Of a stretch of DNA of 64,000 nucleotides, positions 10,401-20,569 are shown one piece after another. The DNA comes from Thermococcus sp. JdFR-02 (lineage in GTDB: Archaea; Methanobacteriota_B; Thermococci; Thermococcales; Thermococcaceae), in the NCBI GenBank assembly GCA_002009975.1, contig MTLP01000012.1, positions 1-64,000 on the forward strand, in the 5' to 3' direction. Position numbers and translations under genes: made by a program. How positions within the stretch are numbered: the stretch's first letter is position 1; the number at the start of each line of letters is the position of its first letter. Under the pieces are notes generated by a model, which was given only the letters and a program-made list of their open reading frames with translations, was not told the DNA's origin and made no database searches.

Positions 10401-10614
10401 AAGATTTTGATTGAAGCTTGAGTATCTCCTCTAACCCTCTAACCTTAGGCTCCAAAGGAAGTTCTGTAGGTTCTTCCTTTTTTGAAACTGGTTCTGTTTC
10501 TTTACCAAGCTCCTCAAATACACTTTCAAGGGGGGCAACATCTTCACTTAATACTTCTTCTATCCAAGATAATCTGGATTTTCTTTTTTTCTTCTCCTCC
10601 ACCATATCTCTCAC
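7492..10614 (-). CDS. klbA: VirB11/TadA/CpaF-family pilus assembly ATPase (KlbA), intein-containing precursor
   Basis: Walker A GGTGSGKTT, ISIEDTAEL, LRMRPDRIIVGEVRG, His-box MNTGHDG[intein]CMGTIHSNS. Confidence 0.95.
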   Translation of the reverse strand: MRDMVEEKKKRKSRLSWIEEVLSEDVAPLESVFEELGKETEPVSKKEEPTELPLEPKVRGLEEILKLQSKSSVSPPTTESEEVGIKPLSLQEILETTMKKPAVPVYGKDVKVLDVYGNVRILKVKGEPIPIYELKLPELSKEEEKLLKMVRDRAVVEIQIDPESIPNLEERRRVFLKAVRNMVREMAPTLSEGRIEVLSELIVQNMIGYGKLDPLVRDDNLEEIMVIGTRKPVYVWHRRFNMCKTNIIFDEDREILNIIERIAREVGRRIDQQSPLLDARLPDGSRVNATIAPISIEGPTLTIRKFKKDPLTIVDLIKYGTMNLDVAALFWIYVDGLRIKPANILIAGGTGSGKTTTLNSLAMFIPPSERVISIEDTAELQLPIEHWIRLETRPPNVEGKGEITMDDLVKNTLRMRPDRIIVGEVRGPEARTMFTAMNTGHDGALLKDELILLADGQVIEIGKFAERFFRKHASQKEGEFEWIDVSSENVYIKSFNKETFKIEDKLVTRIWRRKYKGKMLKIKTKSGKEITLTPDHPIYKIENGIVEINAERAKIGDYIALPRKISIDGEDPPDAYLIGALLGNGHLGTDYIDFVNSDEKVIEKFASKLSKFVDVKVLDYGEYKRVRAYNKEVVRKLSKNIPVGNKTRTFRVPEKIMKSNNKDLAEFIQGLFDSDAHVNERTNTIEFVTANRNLAIILPYLLLRFGIISHVSAQEKDGKGNIGPYYKICISGKENLMKFAKRIGFTHTIKAEKLVEILKKAGTSIDSVPNIGKLLKEIRKEKGLTQEQLAFLMGVSTRSTIEAYEIGKRAISRGKLNQISEILDSEELKLLADANVYWDKIVAIEEIEVNDYVYDLTVADNHTYIAGKFGGIIVSNCMGTIHSNSARETIIRLESPPMSVPRIMIPALDIIIMQVRYHSRKKGTIRRITEIAEVSGIEAESVQLNKLYKYDPAKDELVPTGVPSRFMNILSQHTGLTLSELEIEKEKRKIVLEWMVEKGVRSVHEVGEYIRQFYIDPEELLKRIEKESTIELSKKAKSFI
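7987..9285 (-). mobile_element. KlbA intein (433 aa, Ala1 class 2) with LAGLIDADG endonuclease and XRE-type HTH
   Basis: Starts ALLKDELILLADG after GHDG; block B LTPDHP; ends VYDLTV..NHTY..IIVSN before Cys+1; motifs LIGALLGNGH and FIQGLFDSDA. Confidence 0.93.
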
Positions 10615-11578
10615 TTCTCAAGCTATTTGTCCAATAAACTTTATATTTAATCTCCAAATCTTGACTTCCCAACCAAACAACCCATACAGGGAAATCATAT
10701 TCTGGGAGTTTTTTAAGGGGAGTAAATTCCTTTACAATCTTCCTTCCCGATATTAAATTATTCGAGAGCCTATAAATATTAAACGTTTTCTCAGGTTGTG
10801 TCTCGATTTTACCCTTTTTCTGGATTCCTGTGTATTCGGGTAAAATCTTCCTTACATATTCATTAAAAGTTGTAGAATATTCTGGCTCAAAGTCATAACA
10901 TTCCGCACCCTCAAATATTACTGGCATTCCTACTACAAAAACTGTGTTAAATTTTCCATCTTTATTCGGTATATTCTTCAATACTAAGTTTACACTTCCC
11001 TCATATTTAATTATTTTTATAAACTCATCTTTCCCCAAAAATGTGCTTTGAATGTTGAAATAATATTGAGGCATTAGTATAACTTGAGGTACTATAGTTT
11101 CGTAGAAAAAGTTTGTTTTGTCATCAATTGTTCCTATGATATATTTTGTAGTACCATTTTCATAAACAACTTTAACTGAGGTTGGGAAGTATGTTTCATA
11201 GTCTTCGGGAGTTATTATTATAGAACCGTTCTTTTTCACGTTTATTCTTACTTTAAGGACCTCATAGGGATTAATCCAGAAACCAGGGAGATAATTAAAG
11301 GTATTTAAATAGGGATTAATGTAAGTTTCATTATCAATCTCACCCAAGATTTCTCCATTCTCTCTATAAATAGTGTAATTATAGAAGGGATTCACAACAA
11401 TAAACTTTTGTATTGGGGCAGTATTTATGAGAGTAACGTTTATTTCCATCTTTAGCTCAGCCTTCACTCCAATGTTATTATAGTCAGTTCCAGGTAAGGG
11501 ATACTCCTCCCCAGCGACACTTAAAGAAAAAATCATTATCATGAAAACAAACAAAAGATAAAATGAGGGCTTTTTCAT
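10544..11578 (-). CDS. secreted/membrane-anchored hypothetical protein of the pilus locus
   Basis: Signal-peptide-like N-terminus MKKPSFYLLFVFMIMIFSLSVAG after GAGGTG RBS; beta-rich with many N-x-S/T sequons. Confidence 0.75.
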   Translation of the reverse strand: MKKPSFYLLFVFMIMIFSLSVAGEEYPLPGTDYNNIGVKAELKMEINVTLINTAPIQKFIVVNPFYNYTIYRENGEILGEIDNETYINPYLNTFNYLPGFWINPYEVLKVRINVKKNGSIIITPEDYETYFPTSVKVVYENGTTKYIIGTIDDKTNFFYETIVPQVILMPQYYFNIQSTFLGKDEFIKIIKYEGSVNLVLKNIPNKDGKFNTVFVVGMPVIFEGAECYDFEPEYSTTFNEYVRKILPEYTGIQKKGKIETQPEKTFNIYRLSNNLISGRKIVKEFTPLKKLPEYDFPVWVVWLGSQDLEIKYKVYWTNSLRSERYGGGEEKKKIQIILDRRSIK

Positions 11579-11588
11579 ATCTCCCACC

Positions 11589-13046
11589 TCATCCTGTAAC
11601 TTTTGCAATGTATAGCATGTCCTTGTAGTTTAGTATATCCGTGACAAACTCTGCAGGGACTTCCACTATCACTAAAAACCTTACAGTTGGATCTAACACT
11701 AACATTCCAGAATCCTTTTCCAAATCTATAACCTTCCACCCATACTTTTCAAGTTGTGCTTTAACTTCTTCAGGCGAAGCTATTTTGTTTGCCGCTATTG
11801 CTTTCAAAACTTCAGCTAAGTTCACGTTATAGCTATAGAAAGCGTTAGAGCTTTCACTGCTTGACTGGCTTGTTGTGTATTGCTCACTTGATGATTGAGA
11901 ACTTGTGATTGATGTCTGCCCCGGAGCATATGATGTTGATTGAGATTCACTATACGTTGTTGATGCTGAGGAGGTAACAGTAGTGCCTTCACTTTGAGAT
12001 TCACTCAACGAGATTTGACCAACAGTTGTTGGCAATAATATCATGTCAACAAAACCTTCATCTGCTATTTTTATATACTCCCCTTTTGTACCGTTTTTCG
12101 CATATATCTTAATCTTATCTCCCGGAGATATAAATGCACCAACAATGCTATCTCTACTCAAAACTAACGCTATCTTTACCATTTCAACCTTCTCTATAGA
12201 GTACTGCAATAACTCATTATAATCCGTTATTCTGCTTATGATGTACTTAGCCTCAACTTTTGTATAAATCCTCTTCTCTTCTCCTCTCTTCAGTATTACT
12301 TTTTGTGAAGGCAATGAATCAATAAGATATTGGTAATATTTCTGCCATAGATTAAGCAAATATGGATTTGGATCTATAGCGAGGACTTCTTCCTTAGTTT
12401 GAGCTTTGTTAATTTTTTCTTTTAACATGTTTAAGGTTTGCACAGTTTCTTTCTTTAGATCTTCTGGTAAAGGCTGAATAAGCAAGTGCTCAAATGATTG
12501 CTCGATTATTAATGTTTGATTCATTTTTATCATATTCAGCTCTTCCAGTGCTTTTCTCTCTGCTTCCCGCCTCTTTTGTTCTTCAATTTCTGCTAATGCC
12601 TTCTCATATTCAGCTTTTATATCAATCTGATTAAGTTCTTCGATACTTTGAGCTTTCTTTATTTTATCAATCAACTCAAACTTTCTTGTGTTATTTTCAA
12701 GCTCTCCAGTAAAGTATTGATTAACAATTGCTAATTTTTCTTGTCTCGCCTTTTCTAATTCTCTAGCGGCTCTACTCTGCATGTAAGTGTAGACTGCAAA
12801 ACTTATTATCAAGATTATTATCAAGAGAACAGAAGCGCCTATAATAATCCTCCTCTTTTTTTCTCTTTCTCTTAAAGCTCCAATTTTAGAAACTTTTTCT
12901 GGAGGTACTTTTGGAGGAGGGACTTGGGAAGGGGGCTTTTGCTCGCCCGCCATTTTACCCAATTCCCTCAATCTTCTAATTTTCTCCTCAATACTTTCAG
13001 ACACACCAGTCACCACCATGAGAGTTATCGTTAAAATCAAATACAC
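11589..13046 (-). CDS. DUF515-like coiled-coil membrane protein of archaeal type IV pilus locus
   Basis: Single TM after KKRR, long coiled coil, GAFISPGDKIKIY motif, Ser/Thr/Gln-rich tract; first gene of Tad-like cluster; true start probably a few codons downstream. Confidence 0.75.
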   Translation of the reverse strand: MYLILTITLMVVTGVSESIEEKIRRLRELGKMAGEQKPPSQVPPPKVPPEKVSKIGALREREKKRRIIIGASVLLIIILIISFAVYTYMQSRAARELEKARQEKLAIVNQYFTGELENNTRKFELIDKIKKAQSIEELNQIDIKAEYEKALAEIEEQKRREAERKALEELNMIKMNQTLIIEQSFEHLLIQPLPEDLKKETVQTLNMLKEKINKAQTKEEVLAIDPNPYLLNLWQKYYQYLIDSLPSQKVILKRGEEKRIYTKVEAKYIISRITDYNELLQYSIEKVEMVKIALVLSRDSIVGAFISPGDKIKIYAKNGTKGEYIKIADEGFVDMILLPTTVGQISLSESQSEGTTVTSSASTTYSESQSTSYAPGQTSITSSQSSSEQYTTSQSSSESSNAFYSYNVNLAEVLKAIAANKIASPEEVKAQLEKYGWKVIDLEKDSGMLVLDPTVRFLVIVEVPAEFVTDILNYKDMLYIAKVTG

Positions 13047-13090
13047 CTATATTCGAATTAGTTTTTTGAATATTAAACCTTATTTAGATT

Positions 13091-13444
13091 TTGGTGGTGA
13101 TTATGGAAAAGTTAGTAATTAAAGTAGCAAAAATTAAGGGAAACTGTCCTGTATTTAAAGTAGGAGATAAGATAGTTATTGAAGGACCATCTGTAAATCT
13201 TAAAGAGACAGATGCTATATGTACACATGCATTTGCATCACTTTTACCATATATCGTTGCTCTCCGCAAAGGTGTTAAACCAAGCGAAATAGGTCTTGGA
13301 AAAGGCGAGAAAGCTTATATACAATGCTTAGACCCAGGACCACCCTATACAGAAGGTGGAACAGCTATTTTTGAAGTAACTCTTGAGAGAGGTGAAAAAG
13401 ATGAAACAAAGAAAAGCATGGGCAATAGTGAAAGAGGTGATTGA
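13091..13444 (+). CDS. TIGR04076-family small Cys-containing protein
   Basis: GNCPVFKVGD, ICTHA and QCLDPG motifs. Confidence 0.8.
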   Translation: MVVIMEKLVIKVAKIKGNCPVFKVGDKIVIEGPSVNLKETDAICTHAFASLLPYIVALRKGVKPSEIGLGKGEKAYIQCLDPGPPYTEGGTAIFEVTLERGEKDETKKSMGNSERGD

Positions 13445-14474
13445 CGAAGCTGACATTGTCATTGAGGTAGTTGATGCCAGAGATCCGTTAGGAACAAGGA
13501 ATGAGAAGGTTGAACGCTTAGTTAGGGAGAGCGGAAAAAAATTGTTAATAGTTATGAACAAAGCCGATTTAGTCCCTAAGAAGTGGGCTGAGGAATATAA
13601 GCGGAAAAATAGAGATGTTCCAATCATCTTTGTAAGTGCGAGAGAACATTTGGGAACGGGAATCTTAAGGAGAGAGATTAAAAAATTGGCAAAAGAAATA
13701 CAAAAAGAAGAAAATGAAAGGATAAAAGTAGCATTGGTTGGTTATCCAAATGTTGGAAAAAGTACAATAATAAATGTGCTAAAAGGAAAGCATGCCGTTG
13801 CCGTTGCCCCAATCCCGGGGTACACAAAAGGAAAGCAGTTGATAAGACTAACGAAAAGAATTTATCTCCTTGATTCCCCTGGAGTTGTTCCAATCGATGA
13901 TTTTGATGAGTTGGTTATTAGAGGTAGCTTTCCAGCAGATAAAATTGAAGAGCCCGTAAAACCAGCTTTAAAACTCATTAGAAGAATTTTAGAAACAAGA
14001 AAGGAAGCTTTAATTGAAAAATATGACATCCAAGAATTTGAAGATGAGGAGCAGATTTTAGAGGCGATTGGAAGAAGGAAGGGAATAATAAGAAAAGGCG
14101 GAGAAGTTGACTTAGAGGAAACTGCACGCTACTTTTTAAGGGAATGGCAAACAGGGAAATTCACACTCTTTGGTAAGGAGGAGAAAAAGAAAAGTAAAAT
14201 TATATTTGACTTTGAAGACATTTTAGATGAAATTGAAGAAGAAAAGCTTTTAGATCCAAGAAGGATAATTTGGAAGTTTAAAGAAGATATTAAGCCAAGT
14301 AGCATTAAAAAAGTCGGATTTAGAGAGATTGACGAGTTTGTTGTTGGAATTGCAACCGGATTTAAGAAGTGTGATGGTGGACTTAAGATCTTAGAGGAGC
14401 TAACAGGTAAAAAGACTATAGCAAGCGAGTGTTTTGGTAGAAAGTGGAAGGGGGTAGTTGCTATTTTAGGATGA
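13383..14474 (+). CDS. circularly permuted YlqF/RbgA-family GTPase
   Basis: DARDP, NKADL, GYPNVGKS, DSPG in permuted order; likely start ATG 13401. Confidence 0.93.
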   Translation: MREVKKMKQRKAWAIVKEVIDEADIVIEVVDARDPLGTRNEKVERLVRESGKKLLIVMNKADLVPKKWAEEYKRKNRDVPIIFVSAREHLGTGILRREIKKLAKEIQKEENERIKVALVGYPNVGKSTIINVLKGKHAVAVAPIPGYTKGKQLIRLTKRIYLLDSPGVVPIDDFDELVIRGSFPADKIEEPVKPALKLIRRILETRKEALIEKYDIQEFEDEEQILEAIGRRKGIIRKGGEVDLEETARYFLREWQTGKFTLFGKEEKKKSKIIFDFEDILDEIEEEKLLDPRRIIWKFKEDIKPSSIKKVGFREIDEFVVGIATGFKKCDGGLKILEELTGKKTIASECFGRKWKGVVAILG

Positions 14475-14550
14475 CATTGTTAAATAAAAACGTTTACATT
14501 TATACAAAATGTTTATAAATTCTTTTTCCTATTTAGTGGGGGGAAGCACT

Positions 14551-15576
14551 ATGAATAAGAGAATTGCAGTTTTTGTCATTCTTTTGATTGTAAGTATAGC
14601 CTTTGGATGCATTGGAAACTCTCAGCAAGAGACTGCTACTCCAGAAAAGCCCAAAGCTTTAACAATATCAACGACAACGAGCCTATATGACACTGGAATT
14701 TTGGAAGAGGTTGTTGCACCAGCGTTTAAAGAAAAGTATAATATAGAGTTGCGTTTTATTCCCAAAGGGACGGGTGGAGCAATAATGGATGCAAAGAATG
14801 GTGCAAGTGATGCTATTTTAGTTCACGCACTTTCCAAGGAGCAAGTTTTCATGGAAGAAGGTTATGGAGTAAACAGAAAGGTGTTTGCATATAATTTCTT
14901 CGTGATTGTAGGACCAAAGGATGATCCAGCAGGAATTAGAGGTTTAAATGTCATAGATGCCCTTAAGAAGATAGTCGAATATGGAAGGGCTCATCCAGAC
15001 CAGCTCATCTGGATTTCAAGGGATGATGGCTCTGGAACCAATACCAAGGAAATAGCTTTGTGGAAGGCAGCTGGCTTTGAGTTTGAGAACCTCAAGAATG
15101 AGAAGTGGTTTGGAACAACAGGTTCAGGAATGGGAAATACACTTCTCTACACCAGCGAGAGAAAGGCTTATACCCTCTCCGATATCGGAACCTATCTCAA
15201 ATACCAAAAAGAGGGTAAAATTGATTTAGATATGCTCGTTGACAAAGGAGAGCAGCTCATAAATGTATACGCTATAATCATCATAAACCCCAAGAAGATT
15301 GAAGATAAGGACTTTGATGGGGCAATGCTCTTGGCTAAGTGGCTTACCTCCGAAGAGGGACAAAAAGCAATAGCCGAATATGGAAAAGATGAATTCGGCA
15401 GACCACTATTCTATCCAGCGATTCCGGTTTTGGAGAAGGAAGAAGGGAACGTCTTTGAGTGGATACTTAAGTATGGATTTATAAAAGATGGTGACATTTA
15501 TACTGAGTGTCCCAAAAAATACAGATACAATCCGGGGGACATGAAATTTTATGAATTTAAGATCGATTTAAGTTAA
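14551..15576 (+). CDS. tupA: tungstate ABC transporter substrate-binding lipoprotein (TupA family)
   Basis: Lipoprotein signal ..AFGC; TTTSLYDTG signature; SRDDGSGT; YTLSDIGT. Confidence 0.88.
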   Translation: MNKRIAVFVILLIVSIAFGCIGNSQQETATPEKPKALTISTTTSLYDTGILEEVVAPAFKEKYNIELRFIPKGTGGAIMDAKNGASDAILVHALSKEQVFMEEGYGVNRKVFAYNFFVIVGPKDDPAGIRGLNVIDALKKIVEYGRAHPDQLIWISRDDGSGTNTKEIALWKAAGFEFENLKNEKWFGTTGSGMGNTLLYTSERKAYTLSDIGTYLKYQKEGKIDLDMLVDKGEQLINVYAIIIINPKKIEDKDFDGAMLLAKWLTSEEGQKAIAEYGKDEFGRPLFYPAIPVLEKEEGNVFEWILKYGFIKDGDIYTECPKKYRYNPGDMKFYEFKIDLS

Positions 15577-15586
15577 AGGTGAGCTA

Positions 15587-16294
15587 ATGGCTTGGGACTA
15601 TATAATTCAGGGATTTAAAGAAGCCCTTGGACTGATCACACAGGATTATGTCATAGAAATTGCACTTAGGTCGATAAAAGTCTCTGGGTTAGCTACATTA
15701 ATAGCCGTTGCTTGGTCTCTGCCCCTTTCTATTTTTATAGGCTTAACGAACTTCCGTGGAAAATGGGCTGTAAAGGGTTTAATTAACGGCTTAATGGGAG
15801 TTCCTACAGTAATTTGGGGACTTATCCTATATCTATTTTTAGTTCCCAAGGGTCCATTTGGAGCCTTAGGACTTCTTTATACTGAAATGGGAATAAGCAT
15901 TGGTCAAGCTTTGTTAATAACCCCCATTATCATAAGCATAGTTGTAAATTCTCTTGAAGCTATTGAAGTTGAAATTAGGGAGTTAGCTCTAACTTTAGGA
16001 GCAGATGAAATCAGGGCTTCCTTTCAAGTAGTTACAGAAAGTTTTGGAGGGATAATCCTAGCTATAATAGCTGGATTTAACAGAGCGATTGCCGAGCTTG
16101 GAATAGCTCTGATGATTGGTGGGAATATCTACGTTAAAGGTGGGTATTACAACACGCGAGTGCTGACTACGGCAATTCAAATGTATACTGTTAGAGCTGA
16201 GGTTAGCATTGCTATAGCCCTTGGGATAATACTGATGAGTATCGTTTTGGGAATAAACCTCTTATCAAATCTAATCAGGAAGTGGTTGTCATGA
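15587..16294 (+). CDS. tupB: tungstate ABC transporter permease
   Basis: TM protein with ELALTLGA (EAA loop), GFNRAIAELG..MIGGNI, TRVLTTAI. Confidence 0.88.
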   Translation: MAWDYIIQGFKEALGLITQDYVIEIALRSIKVSGLATLIAVAWSLPLSIFIGLTNFRGKWAVKGLINGLMGVPTVIWGLILYLFLVPKGPFGALGLLYTEMGISIGQALLITPIIISIVVNSLEAIEVEIRELALTLGADEIRASFQVVTESFGGIILAIIAGFNRAIAELGIALMIGGNIYVKGGYYNTRVLTTAIQMYTVRAEVSIAIALGIILMSIVLGINLLSNLIRKWLS

Positions 16295-17007
16295 GCTTCA
16301 TTAAGGTCATTGGCTTGACAAAAAGTTATAGCGACACAAAAGCCCTCGACAATGTAAGCTTGGAGATTGAAAAAGGAGAAATATTCTGTATAATGGGACA
16401 CAGCGGTGCAGGGAAGACAACACTATTAAGAATTCTAGCTCTTTTAGAAAAACCCGACTCAGGGGAATACTATTTTGATGGGACTAAAGTTGATTGGAAC
16501 GATAATTTGAGAAAAAGCATCACAATGATCTTTCAAATTCCCGTAATGTTTAACACAACTGTCTTTAAGAACGTTGCCTATGGATTAAAAATTAGAAACT
16601 ATCCCAAAAATGAGATAAGAAAAAAAGTTAAAGAAGTTTTAGAGCTGGTTGGGCTTCAAGGTTATGAAAATAGAAAGGCAAAATCTCTTTCTGGAGGAGA
16701 AAAGCAGAGAGTAGCAATTGCTAGAGCCATAGTTCTTGAGCCCAAGCTTTTACTCATGGATGAGCCAACCGCAAACTTAGACCCAACAAATTCCGCAATA
16801 ATCGAAGAGATAGTTAGAGAAATCGTGAGAGAGAAGGAAACAACTATAGTCTTTTCAACCCACAACTTGTTCCAAGCAAAGCGTTTAGCCCATAGAGTTG
16901 CCCATATATACAAAGGAAAGATAGTTGAGGTTGGGGATACAAAAGAAGTCTTTGAAAATCCGAAAAATGAGCTGACAAAGAAGTTTATTAATGGTGAACT
17001 CTTCTGA
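16291..17007 (+). CDS. tupC: ABC transporter ATP-binding subunit (TupC)
   Basis: GHSGAGKT, LSGGEKQR, LLMDEPT; ATGA overlap with permease stop. Confidence 0.88.
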   Translation: MSFIKVIGLTKSYSDTKALDNVSLEIEKGEIFCIMGHSGAGKTTLLRILALLEKPDSGEYYFDGTKVDWNDNLRKSITMIFQIPVMFNTTVFKNVAYGLKIRNYPKNEIRKKVKEVLELVGLQGYENRKAKSLSGGEKQRVAIARAIVLEPKLLLMDEPTANLDPTNSAIIEEIVREIVREKETTIVFSTHNLFQAKRLAHRVAHIYKGKIVEVGDTKEVFENPKNELTKKFINGELF

Positions 17008-17041
17008 GCTAAAGCTTATAATGGAGAATTAGATATTTTGA

Positions 17042-18756
<1,715 letters not shown>

Positions 18757-18827
18757 GATATCACCAAATAGAATAGGAAAAAGAGAATAAATGAGTTACT
18801 CTCTTGAAAAATGGTAAAAACATCATC

Positions 18828-20525
18828 TCACCATTGCATATAGAACCCTTGCTCGTGGTATGTTTGTCCTTTAATGATATAGCTTGGAGATCCTCCAACT
18901 CTCTTGACAACTCTTCGCGTCCCATATCTTGTTGCACCTGCCACAACAATTATGAAACTTTCTTCATTCCATGGATTTCTAATTGTCTCAACAACACCCA
19001 ATGTTTCATCTTTTGGGAATCCTGAATTTAGCGAAAGCTCTCTTACCTCACTATCATCAACAAAGAGAAAAGCATTAAAGTTTTTGACAACATTTGGACT
19101 CCTTTCCAAACTCCAACTTCCATTGAAGATGAACTTTATTGGTAACTTTTCATTAAGTTCTTTTGTAATTTTATTTGCTACTGGACCTCCAATGAGAATT
19201 AGATTCTCTCTCAAATCGTCCTCGGTCAAGTTCGCATCACTTTTGATAATAATCTCTGGGTAAGAGCCATAAAACTGTTCAAAAGTTTCTTTTAAATGCT
19301 CTGTTAATTGAATTGTACTTTCTCTGTCATGTTCCAAACCTTTCTTATCAGGATTTTGAGTCCCATAAACGATAATTATCTTGTCATGAGCATGAGATTT
19401 TTCTAAAGCCCAAAATCCTGTAACTGGCACTCTCTGCTTGAAATAAAGACTCACATTTTCTGGAGTGGACCACCTTTGCATATGCTTAACCAAAATAGGC
19501 AAGTAATCAGCAAAAGTCTCATTAGTCTTTTTGATTTTATCAAAATTCTCAAATTCTTGAATGAAATCCTCTAAAAGGTAAAAACCAATAGATGAATCGA
19601 ATATTTTGTGATAATTTATGAGTTCAGAAAGATTTGTTGCAAATTGCTCTGCAAGATATTTAGCAAACGCTTCTGTTAGGAGTTCTCGATAATATGTGTG
19701 AAAGCTGAAATGGTAAGGGTCAATAGAAGAAAGCGCTGGGAATTCTCTCTTCACCTCTTCCAAATAATAGCTAACGTTCTCAAAAACTGTTGGATTAGCG
19801 TCAAGCAGTGGGTCTATAAAAGGATGGGTAAACTCGTGAAGTGCTATTAAAGCTCTGAACTTGCTCGCCAGTTTATTTTTAGGAACGGTTCCAACACATG
19901 TTACTGAATTTACTCCATACTTACTGTTGAAATGAATTGCTAAGGAGTAAGAGAGCTCTATCTTATATTCCTTATGAGTGTAGCCAAAGAATTCAACGAA
20001 TTTTTGTGGAAAGTTTTTGGGCAGGGCTTCCTTTAATGGCTCTATAGCTTTTTCATATTCCTCTTTATGAGCGTTGTAGAACTCGATGAAGTTAGTGTCC
20101 TTTGCAAATCTTACTAATTCTCTGTAAAGTCCTGTTAAAAGAGGATCATCTTCGCTTTCGTTTCCCAAATAAGGCATTCCAACCAGATCCCCTGCCCAAC
20201 GAGCTATTGCCATATCTCTAACATAATATGGAGCATCCTTTGGAAATATCTCTTTAGCTAATTGGATTGCTGGATGATCTTTATAATCACTAAAGTAAGT
20301 TAAAACATTGTTGACATAACTTTGAGGAGCAACTATAAATTCATCACTGCCATTAAAAGCTAAAATGTAAACCACAGCAAAAAGCTCAAGATTGGGATTC
20401 ACCTCAACGACAACTTTAGATTCCTGAGTCCCTGCCCTGACAGTAGGAAAAATTGAGAGCATTAAAAGGAGAGCTAAAATTAATGAAGCCTTCTTCACAT
20501 TACCACCCAATAGAAGAATGAACAT
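18828..20525 (-). CDS. secreted DUF4932-like protein, putative HEXXH metallopeptidase with C-terminal S-layer-like domain
   Basis: Signal peptide (likely start ~20498), VNPNLELFAVV, HEFTH followed by ELLTE, C-terminal NLILIGGPVAN motif. Confidence 0.7.
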   Translation of the reverse strand: MFILLLGGNVKKASLILALLLMLSIFPTVRAGTQESKVVVEVNPNLELFAVVYILAFNGSDEFIVAPQSYVNNVLTYFSDYKDHPAIQLAKEIFPKDAPYYVRDMAIARWAGDLVGMPYLGNESEDDPLLTGLYRELVRFAKDTNFIEFYNAHKEEYEKAIEPLKEALPKNFPQKFVEFFGYTHKEYKIELSYSLAIHFNSKYGVNSVTCVGTVPKNKLASKFRALIALHEFTHPFIDPLLDANPTVFENVSYYLEEVKREFPALSSIDPYHFSFHTYYRELLTEAFAKYLAEQFATNLSELINYHKIFDSSIGFYLLEDFIQEFENFDKIKKTNETFADYLPILVKHMQRWSTPENVSLYFKQRVPVTGFWALEKSHAHDKIIIVYGTQNPDKKGLEHDRESTIQLTEHLKETFEQFYGSYPEIIIKSDANLTEDDLRENLILIGGPVANKITKELNEKLPIKFIFNGSWSLERSPNVVKNFNAFLFVDDSEVRELSLNSGFPKDETLGVVETIRNPWNEESFIIVVAGATRYGTRRVVKRVGGSPSYIIKGQTYHEQGFYMQW

Positions 20526-20569
20526 CTACAGCTAAAAAGTTTTCTTCAAACAAAAGATAGAGGAAAAGC

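Noticed and set aside
14470-14520. GATGACA upstream of tupA as a fourth member of the AATGACA regulon
   Set aside because: It overlaps the GTPase stop codon, and its spacing to the candidate TATA boxes is not 25 bp.
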